DNA of 64,000 nt. Source: Macrostomum lignano. Lineage: Eukaryota. The notes under the pieces were generated by a model. That model saw only the letters and a program-made list of their open reading frames with translations, had not been told where the DNA came from and did not search any database. Position numbers and translations under genes: made by a program. This document shows, one piece after another, positions 54,540-64,000 of the stretch. Location: assembly GCA_002269645.1 (NCBI GenBank), contig NIVC01000471.1:239215-303214 (forward strand), read 5' to 3'. Numbering within the stretch: position 1 is the first letter of the stretch; the number at the start of each line of letters is the position of its first letter.

Positions 54540-55134
54540 CAGGGGGGTCGCCAACAGGGGGGACAGGGCGACAAAACATAGTGCCGCTATTTAGACGCTA
54601 AAATGAGTGCCTGCGGTGCTAAAATGAGTGCCTGCGGCGCTAAAATGAGTGCCTGAGGCGCTAAAATGAGTGCCTGAGGCGCTAAAATGAGTGCCTGCGG
54701 CGCTAAAATGAGTGCCTGAGGCGCTAAAATGAGTGCCTGCGGTGCTAAAATGAGTGCCTGCGGCGCTAAAATGAGTGCCTGAGGCGCTAAAATGAGTGCC
54801 TGAGGCGCTAAAATGAGTGCCTGCGGCGCTAAAATGAGTGCCTGAGGCGCTAAAATGAGTGCCTGCGGTGCTAAAATGAGTGCCTGCGGCGCTAAAATGA
54901 GTGCCTGAGGCGCTAAAATGAGTGCCTGCGGTGCTAAAATGAGTGCCTGAGGCGCTAAAATGAGTGCCTGCGGTGCTAAAATGAGTGCCTGCGGCGCTAA
55001 AATGAGTGCCTGCGGTGCTAAAATGAGTGCCTGAGGCGCTAAAATGAGTGCTGACAACACCGATTCTGAAAATAATGTACATTTATAATTATTGGCTTTG
55101 TCCCCCCACCATAAAATCCATGGCGACGCCCCTG
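54540..55134. mobile_element. hAT-like MITE carrying a 21-bp minisatellite (GCTAAAATGAGTGCCTGAGGC; 54595-55052)
   Basis: TIRs CAGGGGGGTCGCCA and TGGCGACGCCCCTG. The 8-bp flanks GTCATGTT and GTTGTGTT match at 6/8, consistent with a decayed TSD. Confidence 0.7.
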
Positions 55135-56573
55135 GTTGTGTTAGTACTTATCTTTCTAGTTTCTACTAACTCAAGTAGACTAAACACAGTTGATAAAAAT
55201 ACGAAATTCGATTCTAATTTATAAAATGAGGCAGTCTACTTTCTGTTTCGTCTACTTTAGACGCAACTCAGTGATTTTAGCACACCTCAGATACGACTGT
55301 ACGGACCAGAGTCGCAGACAATAAAACGCTTCAAACTGACTCTTTGACGACTTTTTAGCAACTTGTGTCGTTTTAGGGTCTGCAAAAGTCACTTCTTCTT
55401 TGCCCTAGGTACCGCTTTCTTCGAGGTAGACCCGCAGAAGGGTGTGCATTCAATTAACAAGACAATGAATTCCGCTTTTTATTTCTCTTCTCTTATCTGA
55501 TGCATTTACCTGTCTCCATGTATCGAACAAAATAATACACTTTTCATTAATAGTTGAATTTGAAAAAGCAGAATTTTTGTAAAATGTTTTGTTTTTGTCC
55601 TTTTTTATTTTGCTGAATAAATGTGTATTAGTTAATTGAATAAAGCATTTATACTGTTATAACAAGGAAAGGTAATTTAATTATAATATGAACAGTAGCA
55701 TTAGAGGTTTAATAATGATGAATAGCATATGTATTTATTATATTTAGATATAGACAGGATATTCATGGCGACTATTGCTTTAAAGCATCGGTCGGCAAAG
55801 CCCGGCTCGCCCCCTAAACCTCTCTATCCGGGCTGCTTAAAGTCTGCGTCTTTTCTCAGCATTGTTCCCTCATCTCCCCTCCACTCCCCTCTCTTGCCGA
55901 GCCCAGGTTTAAAGATCGCTATTTGAAAGGAAATAATGATCATAAATAATGCACAAGGCTAATAACTGAAATCGCATCACACTGACTATATGAAAACGCA
56001 TAATATGAGAGCAGAATAGTGGCAATACATAATAGCAATGCCCTACTTTAATATTAAAACAGAAAATAGAACTAATAACCAAGAAAGCTTATAATTTTTG
56101 TTTAACACCAAATGGTGACATTTTAAAATGACATAAGCTTTCATACTCGAAGTTTCTCTGAAAAAACTAATTAGCTTTGAAAAATGTTTGACAACAACGA
56201 TAATTGGGAGGCAGACGTATTAAATGACAGCGCGGATCCAATCTCAAAACAAGGAAACGATTATGCGGTTAAAATACACACTCACACCTTTAAAAAAGTT
56301 AAAAAACAGCGGCATTTTGAATTTCTAATTTTCCGATTTCTGAAACGGACGCGCTGGCACTAATAAGTTATTTCTCTGGTAACTTGAATTTGTTTTCGGC
56401 TCGGTTTAAAAAGTAACAAAAAACGCGATTACACAGGATAGGAGTGTCTCAAACAGAAGATTTACTTTAAGTAGTCAAAATAGAGTTTTTCGCTATTCTA
56501 CTCTACAATAAATTAAGAAGCAATCGGCCCTCTTTTCTTAGTCTGTAAACATTGATTAGCGAGACGAGTGCGG

Positions 56574-58725
56574 TTAGAAGCTGGCTCCATTGCGGTCCTT
56601 GGAGTAGCCGAGGCCGCTCTGGTTGAACACTGTGGAGGCCAGGCCGTGCATCAGGCTGATCGGCAGGGCCTCGGCCACTATTGGGACGCCCGGGCTGCGT
56701 TGCCGAATAACGTTGGCCAGTTCAATAAAGAACGCGTCAACATCGTAGATGGCGTCGCCACGGTCTTGGTCGCAGTAGTGCAGCGGGTGGTGGGCCAGGG
56801 TCAGGTAGGGGATGTTGTCAGAGCTGAACGGGTTCCAGCGAGTGCTGAGAGCCACCTGGCCGGGGTCGCCCCAGAAAATGCGGGCGGCGCCGTGCCGACG
56901 CGGATCGGCCATCGTCCGGCCGGGGAACACGACTTCGCCCATGGCCAGCTGGATGCGCGGGTAGTGGATGGATTCGATTAGTAAACGATATGTATCGAAA
57001 CATTAAATCACGCCGATATGTATCGAAGACATTAAGACATTGTATTACAACAATGCATACATGCGATACATGCGTGGCTCATACTCGGGTACATGTATTG
57101 CTCAGAGCCTGTGCAAACATTAAAATTGAACTATGCATAGACTCTCTTTCCTATCTTGGCTGGCTCGCACATACATGTATGCAATTATACAGCGGAAAGG
57201 AGAGAGATCACTGACTGACTGACTGACTGACAGAAAATGGCTAGCACAGCACAAGCAGCACGTATGGTTGAGACCTCAGCTAACTCATTAGTCAGCATTA
57301 ACCAGACGTATGTAGAACTTCATTTTTTAGAATTAAAAAAGCTGATTCTGTATGCTGAATATCTGAATATTTTTTCTTTTTAAAACCAGCCGGATTTGAA
57401 TTTGAATTTGTTGTACACCTTATATCCAAAGTGTATCTTCTACCTCCACTAAATCATTGTATGCGGTTCCTAAATACTAAATACAGCTAACATGATATAA
57501 TATAACATATCTAACACCTATTCACCTTTTTTATCCCATCCGCCTCGAATCCCCACCCCATCCGCCTCGAATCCCCACCCTATCCAATCCGCCTCGAATC
57601 CCCACCCTATCCAATCCGCCTCGAATCCCCACCCTATCCAATCCGCCTCGAATCCCCACCCTATCCAATCCGCCTCGAATCCCCACCCCATCCGCCTCGA
57701 ATCCCCACCCTATCCAATCCGCCTCGAATCCCCACCCCATCCGCCTCGAATCCCCACCCTATCCAATCTGACTCGAATCCCCACCCCATCCGCCTCGAAT
57801 ACCCACCCTATCCAATCTGAATCGAATCCCCAACCTATCCAATCTGACTCGAATCCCCACCCTATCCAATCTGACTCGAATCCCCACCCCATCCGCCTCG
57901 AATACCCACCCTATCCAATCTGAATCGATTCCCCACCCCATCTGCCTCGAATCCCCACCCTATCCAATCTGACTCGAATCCCCACCCCATCCGCTTCGAA
58001 TCACCACCCCACTTGCCTCAAATCCCCACCCCATCCGCTTCGAATCCCCACCCTATCCAATCTGACTCGAATCCCCACCCTATCCAATCTGACTCGAATC
58101 CCCACCCTATCCAATCTGACTCGAATCCCCACCCTATCCAATCTGACTCGAATCCCCACCCTATCCAATCTGACTCGAATCCCCACCCTATCCAATCTGA
58201 CTCGAATCCCCACCCCATCCGCTTCGAATCGCCACCCCACTTGCCTCAAAGTCAAGCAGTTCAAACTACATAACAGAGAAGAGCAAGGCTCACTTTAACA
58301 ACAGAGGACAGCAGAATCCTCTTGGCGTGCTTAAACTTCCTGGTAACAAAATCGAATTTAATAGCCAGCACGGAGTTCTCGCACAGCAGCACAACCTTCT
58401 CGTAGTTGTTATTCCAGTGGTCGATTTCTGTGAGCACAAACTGCTGTTTCACCGCCCCGTCAGATTCGGCATTCACAGCGGCGGTCACGCAGGCGTCCGT
58501 GATCTCCTGAGGTGTCAGCTTGGTGACGAAAAACCTCTCCCTGGTCGGGGGACAGGCCAGCAAGGTGGGGTCGAGCAGAGAGGTGCCTTCCGGCGGAAGC
58601 GGCTGCTGCTGCTGCTGCTGGCCCTGTGGATAAGAGTCGGCACCGCCGTAGGCCGGATCGCCAATCTCCAGCTTGGAGCTTTGGAAGTTCACCTGCGGCA
58701 CGCTGGCTTCGGTTGGCGAAGACAT
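56574..58725 (-). CDS. TPRG1L: Tumor protein p63-regulated gene 1-like protein (hSac2 domain), ~268 aa
   Basis: Exons 58725-58294 (AAA|GTGAG) and 56948-56574 (ATCCAG|CTG), phase 0. LTEIDHWNNNYEKVVLL, KFDF, RWNPFS..IPY.T..HHP and GLAS.VFNQSGLGYS.DR..ASF match the family. Confidence 0.9.
57530..58245. repeat. ~27-bp repeat (ATCCCCACCCTATCCAATCTGACTCGA) in the TPRG1L intron
   Basis: Direct reading. The pseudo-ORFs have a 9-aa period. Confidence 0.93.
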
Positions 58726-58944
58726 ACTACTGACTTGGCTTGGCTTGTTAGTAGTGTTATTGTATTGATTGAATAATTAACTTGTGTCCGTTTTCGAATC
58801 AAAGTTAAGAGTTGAGAAACAGATTAACTGCGCTGGAATGTATTAAGTTTAGGTTAAGCGTCAAGGATGTTTAGGCAGTATACTAGAACCTGGTTTTTTA
58901 TCTGCCTCTCCGCTCCCTCAGTCCCTGAGAATCTGCCTCTCCCC

Positions 58945-60117
58945 CGTTGGATTTTGAGTTTTTAAAGTAGGCACGAAAGGTGAAGAGTTTTACACCTTCT
59001 GCCTCACTTTCGCCTCTCTTATGCCTATTTTGTGCCACTTGTGCACCGCGTGTTCACCTGAGTGCCTCTGCAGGGTCAAAAGGTGAATTTAAGGCACGAA
59101 ATAGGCGGTAGGGGCACAGGTGCCATAGGGGAGTTAGGTGAATTAAAGGTGCACAGTGTGCGTTGAGGCACAAAAGGTGAACAAAGTAGGAATTGGGGGC
59201 ATTGGTGGAGTGAAAGGTGAAAAAAGGTGCGCTGCGGTGTAGGTGCATAAAAAGTGTACAGTGTGCACTGGAGGCACGAAAGGTGAATAAAGGGTGCACA
59301 GTGGGCACTTTAGGCGTAGAGGCAATGCAAGGGGCGTTTCAACTTGCGAAAGTTCTTTGCTACTTTTCCTTACTATTCTTTGAACAGATTCAAAACTTTT
59401 CCTCACTGATGCAAAACTTTTCACCACTTTTCGGAACTTTTCCTGAGTATTTGAAAGTCATTAAAACTTATCAGTATAGGAAATGTTTGCTTTCGTGGTT
59501 TGTCAGGATCAGGAAGGGGATAGCAGCGATTAGTATAGGTGTAAATAAAGCTTTTCTATGTTCAATCTGTGCATGCAATGTACGAGTATGTAACTCTCAG
59601 TTAATTTTTTGTTGCTGATTACGCTCGTATTAATGCGTTAATTCGTGCATAGGCATGGAAGGTGAGCGAGGTGCACAGAAGAGGCACTTTTGGGGTCTAT
59701 TTCGAGCGTGTTTTGGAAATGCACCTGTATACATATTTACGCTGCAACATGTACAACTTATGCACCTCTAATTCACCTTTCGTGCACTTTCTGCGCCCCT
59801 TCAGCACCTTTCCTGCACCTGCTGTGCCTCGCTTGTGAGCCTGCTGTTCACCTTTTGCGCACCTCCAGTGCCCCTTATGCACCTTTCCTGCCCCTACCGC
59901 CGCAACCAATCAAAATTGAGAATTCACCTACTGCCTGACCACTTCACCGATTGTACACCTTTCATGCCTCTTTTCGAAAATATTGGTGACATTTAGGCAT
60001 AAAAGGTGCACTCAGGTGCATTTCCAAAGCACACACGAAATAGGCCACCAAAGTGCCTCTTTTGTGCACCTCGCTCACCTTTTATGCCTCTGCAGGTGCA
60101 TAACTTTTCCAACGGGT
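58945..60117. repeat. Degenerate foldback-like region rich in GTGCAC/AGGTG motifs with inverted segments
   Basis: About 59650-59725 is the reverse complement of about 60010-60095. The ends CCCGTTGGA and TCCAACGGG are inverted. Confidence 0.55.
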
Positions 60118-61860
60118 CCGCTCCTTCAGTCCCTGAGAATCTGCCTCTCCGCTCCCTCAGTCCCTGAGAATCTGCCTCTCCGCTCCCTCAGTCCTTGAGA
60201 ATCTGCCTCTCCGCTCCCTCAGTCCCTGAGAATCTGCCTCTCCGCTCCCTCAGTCCTTGAGAATCTGCCTCTCCGCTCCCTCAGTCCTTGAGAATCTGCC
60301 TCTCCGCTCCCTCAGTCCTTGAGAATCTGCCTCTCCGCTCCCTCAGTCCTTGAGAATCTGCCTCTCCGCTCCCTCAGTCCTTGAGAATCTGCCTCTCCGC
60401 TCCCTCAGTCCTTGAGAATCTGCCTCTCCGCTCCCTCAGTCCCTGAGAATCTGCCTCTCCGCTCCCTCAGTCCTTGAGAATCTGCTTCTCCGCTCCCTCA
60501 GTCCTTGAGAATCTGCCTCTCCGCTCCCTCAGTCCCTGAGAATCTGCCTCTCCGCTCCCTCAGTCCCTGAGAATCTGCCTCTCCGCTCCCTCAGTCCCTG
60601 AGAATCTGCCTCTCCGCTCCCTCAGTCCTTGAGAATCTGCCTCTCCGCTCCCTCAGTCCTTGAGAATCTGCCTCTCCGCTCCCTCAGTCCCTGAGAATCT
60701 GCCTCTCCGCTCCTTCAGTCCCTGAGAATATGCCTCTCCGCTCCCTCAGTCCCTGAGAATCTGTCTCTCCGCTCCATCAGTCCCTGAGAATATGCCTCTC
60801 CGCTCCCTCAGTCCCTGAGAATCTGCCTCTCCGCTCCCTCAGTCCTTGAGAATCTGCCTCTCCGCTCCCTCAGTCCCTGAGAATCTGCCTCTCCGCTCCC
60901 TCAGTCCCTGAGAATATGCCTCTCCGCTCCATCAGTCCCTGAGAATATGCCTCTCCGCTCCCTCAGTCCCTGAGAATCTGCTTCTCCGCTCCCTCAGTCC
61001 TTGAGAATCTGCCTCTCCGCTCCCTCAGTCCTTGAGAATCTACCTCTCCGCTCCCTCAGTCCCTGAGAATCTGCCTCTCCGCTCCCTCAGTCCCTGAGAA
61101 TCTGCCTCTCCGCTCCCTCAGTCCCTGAGAATCTGCCTCTCCGCTCCCTCAGTCCCTGAGAATCTGCCTCTCCGCTCCCTCAGTCCTTGAGAATCTGCCT
61201 CTCCGCTCCCTCAGTCCTTGAGAATCTGCCTCTCCGCTCCCTCAGTCCTTGAGAATCTGCCTCTCCGCTCCCTCAGTCCCTGAGAATCTGCCTCTCCGCT
61301 CCCTCAGTCCCTGAGAATCTGCCTCTCCGCTCCCTCAGTCCCTGAGAATCTGCCTCTCCGCTCCCTCAGTCCCTGAGAATCTGCCTCTCCGCTCCCTCAG
61401 TCCCTGAGAATCTGCCTCTCCGCTCCCTCAGTCCTTGAGAATCTGCCTCTCCGCTCCCTCAGTCCCTGAGAATCTGCCTCTCCGCTCCCTCAGTCCTTGA
61501 GAATCTGCCTCTCCGCTCCCTCAGTCCCTGAGAATCTGCCTCTCCGCTCCCTCAGTCCCTGAGAATCTGCCTCTCCGCTCGTTCAGTCCCTGAGAATATG
61601 CCTCTCCGCTCCCTCAGTCCCTGAGAATCTGTCTCTCCGCTCCATCAGTCCCTGAGAATATGCCTCTCCGCTCCCTCAGTCCCTGAGAATCTGCCTCTCC
61701 GCTCCCTCAGTCCCTGAGAATCTGCCTCTCCGCTCCCTCAGTCCCTGAGAATCTGCCTCTCCGCTCCATCAGTCCCTGAGAATATGCCTCTCCGCTCCCT
61801 CAGTCCTTGAGAATCTGCCTCTCCGCTCCCTCAGTCCCTGAGAATCTGCCTCTCCGCGCC
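60118..61860. repeat. 31-bp tandem minisatellite (CCGCTCCCTCAGTCCCTGAGAATCTGCCTCT)
   Basis: About 1.75 kb of highly homogeneous array. An isolated unit also occurs at about 58905-58942. Confidence 0.96.
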
Positions 61861-62138
61861 ATCAGTTCCTAATTCAAACAGAATTATATATAATAAATGA
61901 ACAATAATGAATAACAGTCAATGAAATGCAGTCAAATTCCGTTTTATTAAAGCAGTTCTTTACAAATCAACATTCATTTCTTCATAATTAAGACTTAGTT
62001 GAGTTTGAACTTTCCGAGCTAGAGAGAAAATGTAAACATACACACGGCGGTTAAAGCAATACCGCTCTTGGATATCCTATTAGCTCAACGTATTTAGCCT
62101 AAGGCGAACTCAAATATCAGAGTGCAGCATGTAATCAT

Positions 62139-62575
62139 TCAATTCTGCTTTCTTTCACCGCCCATGCAAGGAGGCGAACCAGATACCTCAGCCTCTTTCA
62201 GCCACTCGTCGGGTGTTCTGGCATCAATGCTCAGCGCGTGAATTCCACCTCGGCCGGAACTTGACGAGCCGCCGAGATAACTAGCCAGCACTTTGTTCAC
62301 CAACCTGTGCCGGTTAACTACTGATACACCATCGAACTGGTTTGAAACAATCAGCACTTTAAAATGAGTCTCAGCCTGTGTCTATCGGCAACTGCGTGGC
62401 CAGCTGATTCGTTGATAATTTTTAAATGAGTTGGGCGCAGCTCTGATGAGGATTGGAGGCTGGACTGAATGCGACAGGCAATGGGACCCTGGTAGCCTGC
62501 GAATGCATCACTGCAGAGACCACGCCTGGCTGCAGAAAGGAATAAACTTATTCTAGAAGCCATGAAGAAGAACAT
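62139..62575 (-). CDS. BOLA1: BolA-like protein 1 (mitochondrial), with a reading-frame break near 62376-62385
   Basis: Frame A: ...PTHLKIINESAGHAV. Frame B: AETHFKVLIVSNQFDGVSVVNRHRLVN..L...GIHALSIDARTP.EW......SPPCMGG. Start at 62575 or 62563. Confidence 0.88.
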
Positions 62576-64000
62576 TGTGTACTGCTATTTTCAGTTGAAC
62601 TTCTTTGATATCAAAATATAAAACAATAATAATAAGCTTGTCTAGTTTTCTATCACTAATATTGGGACATGCTAGAAAAAAATTGAAATCTCAAGTTTAC
62701 ATTAATAATTTAGCTTTCTCAACTTTTCATTTTTTAAACAAAGTTTTTAATTATCAGGTATGCACAAAGCTTAGAGTTAGAAAAGCTAGTGTCTTAAAAA
62801 AGTGTTTTTTAAGTTTTTTAACATTTAAAAAGTGTTTTCAATGCTTTCAATGTTTGAATTTTCAATTGAAAAAACCAACCATAGAGGTGATTGGGGGCAT
62901 GTTTGCTTATTATATAAAATTTCAATTTATGAAAAATTAGATTTAGATGTGGTTATTAAGATATCTGCAAGGTGTCTGCAACCTAGAATAACCTAAAAAA
63001 AATCCCTTAAAAACTGAAAAAATGATAATAACCTAGAATTCAATGAAAAACCTGGATCAGTGAAAAATGTAAGCTTATTGTTTAAGTTCCATAAGCAAAA
63101 GTCACTGGTGTCTATGCACCTTGTGTCCTTGTTCAATATGCAATTAGAGCTGCTAGTATTCTAATGAATACTGCTCTATCCAAGCCACTAATTTTTGAGC
63201 ATCCAAATGGCCAAATAGCATTACTGCAATGCCCTAGACAACAAGAAGAATGAAGAGCAAAATGATAGAAAGTGTCTAAAAAAGAAGAACATCTAAAGAG
63301 ATTGTATACAAGGAACAAGAAATAGAAGCTAAAAGACAAGCACTTTTAGTAGAGAGAACTGAGGCTTAACCTTGTGTCTTAAAGCTGCACAAAATGCTCA
63401 CTCAGAAGAAATGAATAGAGCAAGCTAAACTCTCATGCTAACAATTTCTACAAACTTACTTCTAAAAACTTGCTTAGTTACTAATTTGATTTTTATGCAC
63501 TAAATATTTTTAAAAGCTTGAAACAATCAATTTTTCTTATATGATATTCTGAACTGGCATTTAAAATTCAATATTTGTTTTGCTTTTTATAAAAAACTAA
63601 AAATTAACTAAAACCTATAAAATCTTACCTAGAAATAACTAGAGATAACTTGGAAAAGTTTTGGAAAAACCTAGAAATCAAAAATGAAAATTATAGAGAC
63701 ACCCTATATTAAAAAACAATTTTTATAATGCTTTAATTTTTTGAATTTTATAGGCCTATTTAAATACCTGCCATAGAGACTTAGTGTGCTAGTATGAACT
63801 AAAGATAGAAAGCATCCTAATGCCAATTAGCTACCAATCATTTGAGCAATATAAACTTTTGGTAATCAATACTTCAATGAAAATTTAAGAATAATTAAAC
63901 ATTTTGGCAAGAGCAATTGCCATATTGAAAACAGAAAGGGATATTTTTTTGCAAATAGCCAACAATATTAATAAGATTATTCTATATTTGCTAAAGCAAT

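Overview
Eukaryotic (metazoan) genomic DNA. It has GC-rich exons, short GT-AG introns, AT-rich intergenic DNA, and a different 15-48 bp minisatellite in most long introns and spacers. This style suggests a free-living flatworm such as Macrostomum, which is an inference only. By joining exons by hand I reconstructed four signalling genes: a secreted prohormone-like precursor with three YWPGMW repeats (6851-7892 +), a neprilysin/M13 peptidase (17210-19601 -), a divergent peptide-receptor-like class A GPCR (23605-25094 -) and a 100-aa RFamide precursor ending VRIRF-G-stop with an NPY/NPF-type intron (32456-33440 +). The other genes are a kelch-repeat protein, ASF1, an orphan 4-TM protein, ALKBH7, PIG-Q, TPRG1L and a frameshifted BolA1. 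A very young 4.6-kb Ty3/Gypsy LTR retrotransposon (identical-looking 173-bp LTRs, AATTG TSD) sits inside a minisatellite. SINE-, MITE- and hairpin-like elements are also present. The main lead is that two candidate neuropeptide genes, a candidate receptor and a peptide-inactivating enzyme lie within about 27 kb. Most long ORFs in the supplied track are repeat artefacts or antisense shadows.
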